64,000 nt of DNA from positions 576 through 64,575 of the forward strand of contig JBAZZR010000001.1 of NCBI GenBank assembly GCA_041658665.1. Reading direction: 5' to 3'. Below the pieces are notes generated by a model. It was not told where the DNA came from. It did no database searches and saw nothing but the letters and a program-made list of their open reading frames with translations. Source of the DNA: Patescibacteria group bacterium. GTDB taxonomy: Bacteria; Patescibacteriota; Patescibacteriia; Patescibacteriales; UBA12465. Of the stretch, positions 53,862-64,000 are shown piece by piece; within the stretch, counting starts at the first letter, position 1; each line of letters starts with the position of its first letter. A program made the translations under genes and the position numbers.

Positions 53862-54748
53862 AATTTAAGTTCACTTATTGAGACTTGGGCTAAATTAGTA
53901 ATTTTTCTTTCTAAAAATTTTTCGCCTAATTTTTTAAATTGTTCGGGGCTATCAGTCGTATAATACTTCAGTCGGGGCTGATGATTTTCAGTAATCCCTA
54001 ATTCGGAATGACGACTGAGATAAGCCTTAAGGCTGGTAGCGAGGATTTCTCCCGGCTGGGGCAAGCTTATTCCGTGGCCGAGGATTTGTTTAATTTGTTT
54101 ATATAAGAAGGGGTAATGAGTACAGCCTAAAATTAGCGCTTTGATTTGTTTAGTTCTGAGGGGGTGTAAATATTTTTTTAAGATCATTTTTGTTTCTGGT
54201 TTTTTGTCCCAGCCCTCTTCGATCAAGGGGACGAGCAAGGGGGTACTCGTTTCGATTATTTTTATTGTCTTATCTAATTTATTAATTTCTGTGGCGTAAG
54301 CGTGAGAGTTAATCGTTGCTTTAGTACCAATTACTCCTATCGTTTTTAGGGATTTATCTTGGACTATACTTTCGGCCAGCGGACGGATAACGCCAAGGAT
54401 CCGTCGTTGCGGATAATTCGTCGGCAGATATTCTTCCTGTAAGCGACGTAGAGCTTGGCTGGAAGCGGTATTACAGGCGAGGATGACCAGTTCACAGCCA
54501 GCGGAAAATAAAAAATCAACGGCTTCTTTCGTGTACTCGTAAATCGTGGCGGCTGATTTTTCGCCGTATGGCTGGCGGGCGCTATCGCCCAGATAAATAT
54601 AATTATAATTAGGTAAATCTTTAAGAAAATATTTAAAAATAGTCAGACCACCAAGACCGGAATCAAAAACTCCGATGATATTTTTTCCGGGGACAGTGGC
54701 TAGCCGATTGGATTTTTTATTTAATTTTAATTCACTATTTTTTAACAT
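53858..54748 (-). CDS. murI: Glutamate racemase
   Basis: GVFDSGLGGLT, ACNTAS and GCTHYP catalytic Cys motifs. Start taken at the ATG at 54748 (14-nt overlap with murD). Confidence 0.9.
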   Translation of the reverse strand: MLKNSELKLNKKSNRLATVPGKNIIGVFDSGLGGLTIFKYFLKDLPNYNYIYLGDSARQPYGEKSAATIYEYTKEAVDFLFSAGCELVILACNTASSQALRRLQEEYLPTNYPQRRILGVIRPLAESIVQDKSLKTIGVIGTKATINSHAYATEINKLDKTIKIIETSTPLLVPLIEEGWDKKPETKMILKKYLHPLRTKQIKALILGCTHYPFLYKQIKQILGHGISLPQPGEILATSLKAYLSRHSELGITENHQPRLKYYTTDSPEQFKKLGEKFLERKITNLAQVSISELKL

Positions 54749-56063
54749 ACTTTTGAAAAAGTAGGCCGCGTTCCTTGTAATTTTGAAATAGGCCAAAGCT
54801 CGCGCAAGCCGTTGAGAGTAAGACTACGTCGCCGCTAACCGCCGCTCTTTTAGCTCGGGTGACCGCGGTAAGCATATCCGGCGCTTCATAATATTTATGT
54901 TTAGGGTAAGCGTTTTTTTCCAGAGCTTTTTTTAAGCGAATTGTCCCGGCGCCCGGTAACAGGATTAATAATTTTACCTTTTTTTTGATAGTTTGAGCGA
55001 AAGGATAGAAATTAGCGCCCTTGTCGGCGCCGCCGCCGATAAGAATAATCGGCTCAGTAAAAGATTCAAGATCGAGGCGGCTGCTTTCCGGAGTAGTCGA
55101 GAAGCTATTATCATAATACCGGACGCCCGATTTTTCAGCGACCAATTCTAGACGATGTTCTAGATTTTGAAAATTAGCGATTGTTTTTTCGTAAGTCGAT
55201 TTTTTTATTTTTAAAAGTTGAGCGAGCGCTACGGCCGCTCCGATATTCTCCTGATTATAATGGCCATTAAGTTGAGTTTTTAAGGCACGCGCGCCGAAAT
55301 AAATGATTTTTTTTGTTTTATTGGCTAGATTATCTTTAGTTATTCGTGTCCGTAAAGTCTGGTTGATTAATAAGTAGCGGTTACCGGGAAAACGAGCGAT
55401 ATTTAATTTAGCTCGCCAATAATTATTGATTGAAGAATGGAAATTAGGATTATTAGGATCGGCGGCGGCGAGATGTTCTTTAAATAAATTAGTGATGATC
55501 GCCAAGCGGGGAGAATATTTTAAGTCTTCTAATTGAAAACTAGATAATTCTAGAATAATATAGTCGGTTTTTTTTATTTTTAGTAAAAAAGATAGAGGAG
55601 CGACGCCGATATTACCGCCTAACCAGACGCGTTGTTTGGCTTCTTTAAGAATTTTATAAATTAAGCTAGCCGTCGTTCCTTTCCCTTTCGTACCGGTGAC
55701 GCCAATAATATTTTGGCTAGGGGAAAGCTGAAAAAATAAATTAAGCGGACTGCTAAGTTCTGTTTTTTTATTATTGAGGGCTTGTTGAATGCCTGGGCAA
55801 GCAATCGGCCAGCCAGGTGACCGAAAGAGAATATCGAATTTATCTAAATTATAATTAAATCCCGCTCCTAGCTGATAGGATAATTTAAGATATGTTGTGA
55901 CTGGTAATTTTAGGAGCGCTCGCGGACGGGCGTCGCAAATAGTTAGGGTTGTGTTTATTTTTTTAGCTTCTAAAAGCTCAATTAAAGCCCGGTTTTCTAA
56001 ACCTAAACCTAAAATAGCGATTTTTTGTTGATTTAATTTTTTAAATATTTGTTTTTGAAGCAT
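54735..56063 (-). CDS. murD: UDP-N-acetylmuramoylalanine--D-glutamate ligase
   Basis: Mur ligase P-loop GVTGTKGKGTT; N-terminal Rossmann IAILGLGLEN. Confidence 0.88.
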   Translation of the reverse strand: MLQKQIFKKLNQQKIAILGLGLENRALIELLEAKKINTTLTICDARPRALLKLPVTTYLKLSYQLGAGFNYNLDKFDILFRSPGWPIACPGIQQALNNKKTELSSPLNLFFQLSPSQNIIGVTGTKGKGTTASLIYKILKEAKQRVWLGGNIGVAPLSFLLKIKKTDYIILELSSFQLEDLKYSPRLAIITNLFKEHLAAADPNNPNFHSSINNYWRAKLNIARFPGNRYLLINQTLRTRITKDNLANKTKKIIYFGARALKTQLNGHYNQENIGAAVALAQLLKIKKSTYEKTIANFQNLEHRLELVAEKSGVRYYDNSFSTTPESSRLDLESFTEPIILIGGGADKGANFYPFAQTIKKKVKLLILLPGAGTIRLKKALEKNAYPKHKYYEAPDMLTAVTRAKRAAVSGDVVLLSTACASFGLFQNYKERGLLFQKYVKK

Positions 56064-56111
56064 AAGTATACAAAGTATAAAATTATTTTTTGGGTTGTTG
56101 ATTAATTTTAA

Positions 56112-58919
56112 TTATTTTAAATCGCCCCAGTTATCGCCTTGATTTATTTCGACTTTGATCGGTACTTGTAATTTTAAGACACTTCCCATAATATTTTGAA
56201 TTTTCGGAGCGTAGTAATCTAGTTTATCTTTTTTTATTTCAAAAATCAATTCATCGTGTACTTGTAGCAGAAGACGAATTTCGGTTGGGGCGTCGCTAAT
56301 TAACGTCGCTATTTTAATCATGGCTAGTTTAATAATATCGGCCGCCGTGCCTTGAATCGGCGCGTTAATAGCCATGCGTTCGGCGCTTTTTTTTATCATA
56401 GCGATACTGGAATTTAATTCCGGCAGAGGGCGTCGTCGGCCAAAAAGAGTTAGAGCATAACCTTGAGAGCGCGCCTTTTTGATAAAATCATCCATCATTT
56501 TTTTAATCCCCGGGTAGGCGAGCCAATATTTTTTAATAAATTCGCTAGCTTGCCAATAAGGAATACCGGCGTTTTGACTTAGTCCATGTGCCCCCTGTCC
56601 GTAGAGAATTCCGAAATTGGTGGCTTTAGCGGCGCGGCGCATCGCTTTAGTTACTTCGTTTAATTTTACGCCGTTTATTTCTGCGGCCGTCGCGGTATGA
56701 ATATCAGCGCCCGCCTTAAAGGCGGTAATCATTTTTTTATCACCAGACATCGCTGCGGCTAAGCGAAGCTCTATTTGAGAATAATCTAAACCGAGGAGAC
56801 GCCAGCCAGTTTCGGCGATGAAGGCCCGGCGAATTTTTTGTCCGGCCAGGCCGCGCGTCGGAATATTTTGTAAATTCGGATCGTTAGAAGACAAACGGCC
56901 GGTGGCGGTTATAGTTTGATTAAAACTAGTATGGAGGCGCCCGGTTTTCAGATTGATCATTTTAGGCAGGGCGTTTAGATAAGTGGTTTGGAGTTTATTC
57001 AATTCCCGGTATTCTTGCAGAGGGCTAATTATAGGATGCAGGTCATGAAGCTTAATAAGTTCGTCTTCAGCGGTCGAGAAGCCCGTTTTGGTTCGTTTCA
57101 GATTAGTCGTCGGAATGTCTAGTTTAGTAAAGAGAACTTCTTTTAATTGTTTAGTGGAATTGATATTAAATTCAGTTTTAGCTAGTTGATAGATATTTTT
57201 TTCCAAACTTTTTATTTTTTGGCTTATTTCTTGGTTTAGTTCGTCAATTAAAGTCGGATCAAGCTTAATCCCGTTATTTTCCATATCGCCTAAAATACTA
57301 ACTAGGGGCATTTCTATTTTTTTAAATAAATCTTCTAGGCCGGCAGTTTTTAATTTTGGGGCTAATGATTTTACTAGACGATTAGTAAAATCAGCGTCTT
57401 CACAAGAGTAGAGACTTAATTTTTCGGGGTCTAGCGCGGAGAAATTTAGAGCTAGTTGGGCGCCTTGACTAGCGGCGAGATCCTTTTTACTAATTTTTTC
57501 AAAGCCGAATTCGGTAAAAACTAAGTTATCGAGATTGTGCTGGCGACTGGCGGGATTTAATAAATAAGAAGCGAGCATCGTATCAAAAGTTAGACCCCGG
57601 AGTTGAATGCCTTGATTTTTTAAAATTCGATAATCAAATTTTAAATTGTGACCAAATTTTTCTATTTTATTATTTTCTAGAATTGATCGTAATTTTTCTA
57701 AACGTTCCTTATTAATTAGAACAAAATAAGCTGCTCCGACTTGCCAGGAGAAACTGAGACCAATAAGCTTGACGCTTAAAGGGTCGAGGCCGCTGGTCTC
57801 ACTATCAATTGTAAAGTCGGGGCGAGTTTTTAATTTTTTGTAGAAAGTCGTAAATTTTTTATTGCCGGCGGCGCTAAAATCGATTAATTGATAATTAAAA
57901 TCTTGCGCATTTCGGCTAAACTTGGCTTGTCCGGATGGCGCTATTATTGGGGTTGTCAAATTTTTATCGCTCGGAACCTTATTAGCTAAGTTTTGATTTT
58001 TTTGGTCCGCGGCCTGGTTCAGATTATCGCGCACATCTTTGACTTTATTTAACAAAGATTTAAATTCTAATTCGCTAAATAAAGTTAGGACTGTCTCTAG
58101 TTGAAAATTAGAGAATTTAATATCGGTTAGAGAAAATTTAAGAGGGGCGTTAAGACGAATGGTCGCTAAATCTTGGCTTAAATAGGCATTAGCTTGATGT
58201 TCCTTTAATAGTTCTAATATTCGATTTTTTATTTTTTGATTTTTATTTTTTACTGCCTTATAAACGCCAGCTAAATTTCCAAATTCAATTAGGAGCTCGC
58301 TCGCCGTTTTTTCGCCGATACCTTTGACGCCAGGAATATTATCGCTCGGATCGCCCCGGAGGGCTTTATAGTCAATAATTTGATCTGGCCGAAGTCCATA
58401 GCGAGCGTGAATTTGTTCGGGGCCGTAAAGAACGCTATCAGAAAGACCGCGGCTCATTGTATAGACCTTAGTTTTTTCATTAACGAGTTGTAGAGTGTCT
58501 AAGTCGCCGGTAATAATTATTTTTTCTAGATTTTTTTCTAATTTAGTTTGTTCACAGATTGTGCCGATTAGGTCGTCCGCTTCGTAGCCGCTTAATTCAA
58601 AAATCGGGATATTGAAAGCCGTCGCCACTTTTTTAACGACAGGGATTTGTTCGTATAATTCATCGGGCGCTTTAACGCGGGTAGCTTTATAGTCGCTATA
58701 AGTTTCGTGGCGGAAAGTTGGATCTTTTTTATCTAAAGTCAGAACCACATATTCTGGTTTAAACTCGCTCAGAGCTTTTAAAAGAAAGGAGGTAAAGCCG
58801 TAGACGGCATTGACTAATAAGCCGTTTTTTGTTCGGAGAGTCGGCGGTAAAGCGTGAAAACTGCGATGAATTAGGGCATTACCATCAATAATGATTAATT
58901 TGGGTTTGGTTTTAGACAT
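56112..58919 (-). CDS. polA: DNA polymerase I (5'-3' exonuclease, 3'-5' exonuclease-like and polymerase domains)
   Basis: 5' nuclease LIIIDGNALIHRSFHA; pol motif A DYSQIELR; motif B RRAAKATNFGILYG; motif C QVHDE. Confidence 0.95.
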   Translation of the reverse strand: MSKTKPKLIIIDGNALIHRSFHALPPTLRTKNGLLVNAVYGFTSFLLKALSEFKPEYVVLTLDKKDPTFRHETYSDYKATRVKAPDELYEQIPVVKKVATAFNIPIFELSGYEADDLIGTICEQTKLEKNLEKIIITGDLDTLQLVNEKTKVYTMSRGLSDSVLYGPEQIHARYGLRPDQIIDYKALRGDPSDNIPGVKGIGEKTASELLIEFGNLAGVYKAVKNKNQKIKNRILELLKEHQANAYLSQDLATIRLNAPLKFSLTDIKFSNFQLETVLTLFSELEFKSLLNKVKDVRDNLNQAADQKNQNLANKVPSDKNLTTPIIAPSGQAKFSRNAQDFNYQLIDFSAAGNKKFTTFYKKLKTRPDFTIDSETSGLDPLSVKLIGLSFSWQVGAAYFVLINKERLEKLRSILENNKIEKFGHNLKFDYRILKNQGIQLRGLTFDTMLASYLLNPASRQHNLDNLVFTEFGFEKISKKDLAASQGAQLALNFSALDPEKLSLYSCEDADFTNRLVKSLAPKLKTAGLEDLFKKIEMPLVSILGDMENNGIKLDPTLIDELNQEISQKIKSLEKNIYQLAKTEFNINSTKQLKEVLFTKLDIPTTNLKRTKTGFSTAEDELIKLHDLHPIISPLQEYRELNKLQTTYLNALPKMINLKTGRLHTSFNQTITATGRLSSNDPNLQNIPTRGLAGQKIRRAFIAETGWRLLGLDYSQIELRLAAAMSGDKKMITAFKAGADIHTATAAEINGVKLNEVTKAMRRAAKATNFGILYGQGAHGLSQNAGIPYWQASEFIKKYWLAYPGIKKMMDDFIKKARSQGYALTLFGRRRPLPELNSSIAMIKKSAERMAINAPIQGTAADIIKLAMIKIATLISDAPTEIRLLLQVHDELIFEIKKDKLDYYAPKIQNIMGSVLKLQVPIKVEINQGDNWGDLK

Positions 58920-59097
58920 GAATTAATTTTATCATTTTTAATAGGTAGAAAGCAAAGATTAATAATGGTTAATAGATAAATAAAAAAGCGGCCTGAAGGG
59001 TCGCTTTTACTGGTCGAGTCGCGGCTCGAGGCAGAAATAGCTGTTTGGTTTGAATAAGAGTGTTTTTCCTGATAGAATATCTAATATTATAAAATAT

Positions 59098-60087
59098 ATG
59101 AAAAAAATTGGTTTATTTTTTGGCGGTCTGAGTAATGAAGCGGCGGTTTCTATCATGTCCGCTAAAAATGTGGTGCAGTATTTTAATTATCGGCGCTATA
59201 AATTAGTTTTGATTTATTGGCGAAAATCAGATCGCCGTTTTTATTTAATAAAAAATTTAGCAGATTTGAAATCGGGTTCTCGCCAGAAAATAGCCATTGA
59301 AGATTTTGCTAAATTATTCGATATTGCTTTACTGATGACTCACGGGCGTTACGGAGAAGACGGAGTCCTGCAGGCGATCTTGGCGAGCCAAAATATTAAA
59401 TATTGCGGTTGTCAGGTCTTAAGTTCCGCTCTTTGTATGGATAAGGCTATTTTTAAAGATTTAATCGCCGCGCGCGGTTACCAGCAAGTTAAGTATACTT
59501 ACTTAGATTTCGCTAGCCATAGCGCCCTGGAAATAAAAAAATTTAAGGCAGAGATTAAAAGTAAATTTAAATTGCCGATTTATGTAAAACCGGCTAATTC
59601 CGGTTCATCGGTCGGGATTACGGCCGTTACTAGAATAAATAAATTAGAGTTAGCTATTCAAGAGGCTTTGAAGCATGACTCTAAAATTTTAATCGAAGAA
59701 GGACTCGTTCAGCCTCAAGAAATTGAGGTGGCGATTATGGGCAACAGTAAATTAGTTATCTCTCAGCCCGGCGAATTAGAATTAGCCAAAGAATTTTATG
59801 ATTATGATGATAAATATAAACGGGGTGAAGCAAAAGTCGTGATTCCGGCTCGTTTAAATCAGTCTTTAATTAAAGAAATTAGAACGCTGGCGGAGCGGAT
59901 TTATCGTTTAATGGCTTGTCGAGGTTTCGCCCGTGTCGATTTTTTTGTTTCTCGAAATAAGATTTATATTAGCGAGATTAATACTCTGCCGGGTTTTACG
60001 GATATATCGATGTTCCCTAAATTAATGATGAATAGCGGTTTGAGCTATACGGAATTATTAGACGAGATTATTGAGCTGGCGGCCTAA
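59098..60087 (+). CDS. ddl: D-alanine--D-alanine ligase
   Basis: GLFFGG..E..VS, HGRYGEDG, ATP-grasp KPANSGSSVGI, EINTLPGFT. Start taken at the ATG at 59098 (track start is TTG at 59050). Confidence 0.9.
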   Translation: MKKIGLFFGGLSNEAAVSIMSAKNVVQYFNYRRYKLVLIYWRKSDRRFYLIKNLADLKSGSRQKIAIEDFAKLFDIALLMTHGRYGEDGVLQAILASQNIKYCGCQVLSSALCMDKAIFKDLIAARGYQQVKYTYLDFASHSALEIKKFKAEIKSKFKLPIYVKPANSGSSVGITAVTRINKLELAIQEALKHDSKILIEEGLVQPQEIEVAIMGNSKLVISQPGELELAKEFYDYDDKYKRGEAKVVIPARLNQSLIKEIRTLAERIYRLMACRGFARVDFFVSRNKIYISEINTLPGFTDISMFPKLMMNSGLSYTELLDEIIELAA

Positions 60088-60857
60088 TTTTGAGGAGTGG
60101 AGAATTCCGCCAAAATTGAACGGTGATCGGAAATATAAGCGCCTAGGGAAATCCTAGGTGTTTTTAGATCCCGCACGAAAAACCAGTCTAGTTTAAGGTT
60201 AAATATTTCTAAGTAGAAAGGCTTAATACACCAAGTCGTTTGAGAAATATCGAGCGCTTCGCGAAATCCCGCTCGCTCAGCGATTTTAACGAAAGGATAT
60301 CTTTCGTCTAACGGGGAACATTGGCCGTCCAAAATAAGACTGGCGTCGGTTTCTTTATGAAACCATTGAACAAATTTTCGTCCCCAGCCGGCCGCCGGGA
60401 TAGTAGTATTTAAATCGCCACAGATAATTACTGGGCCGATATGTTTTTTAGCGTCAGCTAAGACGACCGCTAGTTGGCTAGCCCTTTGTTGCGGTCCGAC
60501 GCCGATAATTTCAAAGTGGCAATTGTAAATTTTAAGAGTTTTTGTCTCAATAGCTATCTCTGCCCAAAGGACTTTTTCTAACGGATTATTAGTGAGCGGC
60601 GGGAAAGCTAGTTCGCCGCTAGAGATAATGGGGAATTTACTGAGGATTATATTTCGGTTATCTTCACTGGCCGGAAAAATGTGGTTAAGTTGTTGTAACT
60701 TATTAAAATTTGATAGTTTTTCTCTAAGTTCTTGCGCTTCTTGTAGACAAAAAATATCGGCGCTGGATTTTTCTAGGCTGGGAGTTATTTTATTTAAACT
60801 AGTGCTTGTGTAATATTTTGTCCCTTCAATATTCCAGTTGAGGACGGAGAAATTCAT
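60084..60857 (-). CDS. Endonuclease/exonuclease/phosphatase (EEP) family protein
   Basis: SVLNWNIEG, CLQE, GDLN, SDHRS motifs. Confidence 0.8.
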   Translation of the reverse strand: MNFSVLNWNIEGTKYYTSTSLNKITPSLEKSSADIFCLQEAQELREKLSNFNKLQQLNHIFPASEDNRNIILSKFPIISSGELAFPPLTNNPLEKVLWAEIAIETKTLKIYNCHFEIIGVGPQQRASQLAVVLADAKKHIGPVIICGDLNTTIPAAGWGRKFVQWFHKETDASLILDGQCSPLDERYPFVKIAERAGFREALDISQTTWCIKPFYLEIFNLKLDWFFVRDLKTPRISLGAYISDHRSILAEFSTPQN

Positions 60858-60876
60858 AATAATTTTAGATGTCGAA

Positions 60877-61644
60877 TTAATTATTTTTTTCTTTAATTTT
60901 TTCTATGTCTAGGTGGGAAAAATTTCCTTTAGTGCTGCGCCATTCATTGGAAAATCCCCAGTCGTTCCATTTCCAGAGGGCGATATAATCACCGTGGCAC
61001 TCCGGTGTTTGTGTATAATTTCCTTCTATGACGATTAAATCATTCTGGCCGTCTTTATCTATATCGGTGACGGCAAATTCACAATTTGGGACTGTCAGGT
61101 TTGATGACTGCCAAAGGGGTTCAACCTTTTCGGCGATTAGATCGAAAATGAAAAAATGATTTTTTACGCTGAGGTCGTCGTTTTTAACCCAAAAAGGTTG
61201 GGAGGGGCCGAAATTTCCGGATTTCCATACCGATAAATTTATATCGATTATGCCGTCGTTGTTAGCATCGGCTAGAATAAAATTATCTACCCACCAGTCA
61301 TTAGACGATTGCCAGATAATTTGGGTGTTTTCTGTAATTGTTAATCGGCCATTAGCTAGAGCGTAAATTTCTGGCAGGTCGTTATTGTTTAAGTTCGCCT
61401 GTTTCGTCCGGCGAGCCGTCATTTCATTTTTTAGAGACAGCTGTTTTTTCTGCCTTAAAAAATCGGAAAAATTTTTTTCCTTCGTCTCAGTTATTAATGA
61501 TTGATTGGTAGTATCCGCGGTGATGTAAGTAGTAAGTTCGGTCTGTTTATTAGTCGAGAGCCAATAGTAACTACTGCCCACAATAATTATAATTAGACTA
61601 AGCAGGAAGGGTGATATTATTCCCACAATTTTTTTGCCATTCAT
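60877..61644 (-). CDS. Membrane-anchored FG-GAP/VCBS-like repeat protein
   Basis: N-terminal TM helix; calcium-binding-like DANNDGIIDI and DIDKDGQNDL repeats. Confidence 0.6.
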   Translation of the reverse strand: MNGKKIVGIISPFLLSLIIIIVGSSYYWLSTNKQTELTTYITADTTNQSLITETKEKNFSDFLRQKKQLSLKNEMTARRTKQANLNNNDLPEIYALANGRLTITENTQIIWQSSNDWWVDNFILADANNDGIIDINLSVWKSGNFGPSQPFWVKNDDLSVKNHFFIFDLIAEKVEPLWQSSNLTVPNCEFAVTDIDKDGQNDLIVIEGNYTQTPECHGDYIALWKWNDWGFSNEWRSTKGNFSHLDIEKIKEKNN

Positions 61645-63807
61645 TTATTGAGCGATAAAAGTCTGAGTCCACGTCGGTGCGATGGGAGCCGGGTTGGCAT
61701 TAAGCATATCCCGCCATTTCTGGTCGGTCAGTCTGTCTGCTAGTGGCCAGGGAAATTCATAGTAAGAATAAACTCCGCCTTTGGCGATTTTTAATTGGCC
61801 GTCGATGGGAAATACCACGTAAATTTCAGAAATTTTTCCTGTGCCTTCTTCCAACACTTGGCCGTTAGGATCGGTCGCAACATCCGCCACAATGGCTGCC
61901 GGGTTTTGATCCAAAAAATATCCTTGTCCCAATTCTTTGAATTGCGGTTCGTCTTTGTTTACTTCTAACCAGAAATGCTCTAGTTGTCCGCCGTAGGAAC
62001 GAATTAGTTCGTAATCGGCGTCACTTAGTTTTTCATTATTCAATTCTTTTTCTGATATGGTTTTGACTGCTAGAGCCAGTTGCGCCATTTTATTTAAATT
62101 GTCTTTCAGGTTGGCAGTCAGCAAGCCTCGCGTTTCTAATCCGTCTATTGTCATATTCAGCAGTGAGACGAGACGAGCATAAACATCGGGATTTGGTTCA
62201 ACATAGCCGCGATCATCTTTTTTGCTCGGGTTACCGCCGCCACCCATTTCCGCGTAAACCTGTTTTGCGTAGAGAATGGTGTCATGTTTTAGTTCACTCC
62301 AACTTCCCAAAAAAGTATTGAGCTCCTTTCTTGCCCAGGCGGTGTTTTGCATAAATGTCGGATAGCCGTTCGGCTTGGCGACGGTGAGTGGGCGCAACTG
62401 ATATAGCCAGCCCCAATATAAATTTTGTGTCCAAGTAGTAGTCGGCAGATCGGCAAGATACAATTGCATTTTAGTCAGGTTGTCTAAGTATTTATTGTAT
62501 TTTGTTTCTCCTAATTGCGTTAAAATATTTAAGGCTTCTTTTGATCCCATTGCTGCCGGAATATCTAAACCTTTCGGCAACATACGTCCCGGTGTTTCTC
62601 TATCAATGAGTCTTTGAAATATTGCCGCATCTATGGTAAATCGTTGCCCCATAAAGCGGAAGCCCTTTATTTCTTTATCGCGGTCGGGCTGAATGGTGGT
62701 ATTAAAGATAGGCAGGGAATTTATTTGCGGCGACGCTAATGTGCTGGCGGCGTCAACAAAGGCCGAGAATTTATCTGGAGCGGTTAAGACGACGGTTAGG
62801 GTAGCGTTAGGGCCGTAGATTTTTTCGCTTAGATCCCGGAATTGGTAATAAGTAATATCATCGCTTTTACCAACGAAAAAATTTATAGGTTCATAAATTT
62901 TATTCCAGCTGCTTTGGTTCTCTATTTGGTTTAGAGTTAAGGTAATTAAAAGGCCGGATTTTATTTCGTCATTATTTTCAAGACGAAAAGTTAAGCGGCC
63001 GTACCACATCATTGATTTAAAATAAGCTTTTAGTTGTTCCGTTTTATCGTAATGTCCGCGCGGGATGTATTGCGAATAATCTTCTTTGAGGCCGTCTATA
63101 ATATTGGCATCACTGCCCATATTCATAATAGGAGAAAGGGTTATGTCTTGATGAGCGTTAATTAAGGCTAATTCTTGTTCAACTTCGTTTTGGACTAGCG
63201 GTGGTATACTTATTAATGGGTCTAAAAGCTTACCGCCCACCGCAAAAAATCCGACATTTCTTTTGGCGGCATTTTCCCAGGCCGTGCCTTTCAGTTCGTT
63301 ATATTGAGATAATGATGCGGCGAGCATGCTAGCGTTAAGTTGCTTGAGCTCAGCCGCTAATTTTTGTTCCTCTAATTGTTTAAGTAGATAATCAAACAGC
63401 AAATGATAATTGTGGAGCAGGGAATCGGTAGTAATAAAATTTGGCGTGTAATTATATCGATTGTTTTCGTAAAGTGAAAAGAATTCATTACTAAAAGCGG
63501 GTTTAACCGCAAAAGCATTTTTTACTAATAAATTTTTAATTTCCGGAGAGAAGATAAAATCACTGGCATTGGCTATATTACCTAAATCCGGCGCGACAGA
63601 ATAGGCCGGAATTTTAGGAGAGACATTAACCGCGACCTCTTGATAGGCCGCAAATTTAGAAGCCAGGGCGGTAGCGGGCGTATAGATATCGATTATGGTT
63701 TTTTTTACAACTTCTTGGTTCGACCGAGGGAGAACAAAATAAATGGCTGCGCCAATTAAAATTAGTAAAGAAATAATAGACACGACTAAAAATTTAGTTT
63801 TATTCAT
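61645..63807 (-). CDS. Large membrane-anchored/secreted protein of unknown function (possibly DUF3160-like)
   Basis: 720-aa ORF with an N-terminal TM/signal anchor, abutting the downstream FG-GAP gene with no gap. The family assignment is from memory only and tentative. Confidence 0.6.
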   Translation of the reverse strand: MNKTKFLVVSIISLLILIGAAIYFVLPRSNQEVVKKTIIDIYTPATALASKFAAYQEVAVNVSPKIPAYSVAPDLGNIANASDFIFSPEIKNLLVKNAFAVKPAFSNEFFSLYENNRYNYTPNFITTDSLLHNYHLLFDYLLKQLEEQKLAAELKQLNASMLAASLSQYNELKGTAWENAAKRNVGFFAVGGKLLDPLISIPPLVQNEVEQELALINAHQDITLSPIMNMGSDANIIDGLKEDYSQYIPRGHYDKTEQLKAYFKSMMWYGRLTFRLENNDEIKSGLLITLTLNQIENQSSWNKIYEPINFFVGKSDDITYYQFRDLSEKIYGPNATLTVVLTAPDKFSAFVDAASTLASPQINSLPIFNTTIQPDRDKEIKGFRFMGQRFTIDAAIFQRLIDRETPGRMLPKGLDIPAAMGSKEALNILTQLGETKYNKYLDNLTKMQLYLADLPTTTWTQNLYWGWLYQLRPLTVAKPNGYPTFMQNTAWARKELNTFLGSWSELKHDTILYAKQVYAEMGGGGNPSKKDDRGYVEPNPDVYARLVSLLNMTIDGLETRGLLTANLKDNLNKMAQLALAVKTISEKELNNEKLSDADYELIRSYGGQLEHFWLEVNKDEPQFKELGQGYFLDQNPAAIVADVATDPNGQVLEEGTGKISEIYVVFPIDGQLKIAKGGVYSYYEFPWPLADRLTDQKWRDMLNANPAPIAPTWTQTFIAQ

Positions 63808-64000
63808 ATAGTAAGGATAATTTACTTTTTATTTGAATTAATCATCTTATTCATATTTTACTCTTTACCTTAGTTTTTAGCCATAACAACTAAAAAATCC
63901 AAATAAATTTGGATTTTTCTTTGAGGAAATTAAGTATTGGGCGGAGTTTTTTAATCTTGACATAAAGAGACAAGTATGATAATATTTTCAACGTGAGCAA

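Overview
AT-rich, gene-dense bacterial chromosomal fragment read under the standard bacterial code; TGA, TAA and TAG all terminate long ORFs. The gene content suggests a small-genome, Gram-positive-like lineage, most plausibly Candidate Phyla Radiation/Patescibacteria. This placement is an inference from RNase Y, HU, a sortase, an orphan PilT, archaeal-type UMP kinase, an EndoQ-like protein, many orphan ORFs, charged tails on RNA-binding proteins and self-splicing introns in RNA genes. Positions 1-16 kb are accessory-like: orphan genes, small hydrolases, an XRE regulator, and a sortase with a modular surface protein. The rest is housekeeping: rpsA, ftsH, rpmF, nusB, rnc, pilT, recA, pyrH, adk, hup, rny, infB, rbfA, trmD, rpsP, pnp, rpsO, rpsT, holA, murI, murD, polA, ddl. 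RNA genes are a 23S-5S unit with no adjacent 16S and two minus-strand tRNA clusters (Lys-Met-Arg and Ile-fMet-Phe-Pro). The 23S carries a 702-nt group I intron at the I-CreI site that encodes an I-CreI-like LAGLIDADG endonuclease. Observations most worth follow-up: (1) a box-plus-hairpin element in six same-orientation copies, five of them bounding single accessory genes at 1.3-4.9 kb; (2) a tRNA-Phe(GAA) split by a 260-nt group I intron, next to a free-standing HTH/LAGLIDADG-like ORF that runs into tRNA-Pro; (3) a histidine-phosphatase gene broken by one in-frame TAG, inside an operon-like block with a PEP-utilizer swivel-domain protein; (4) two highly structured 5' leaders upstream of orphan genes. 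No CRISPR array, transposase, integrase or reverse transcriptase was seen.
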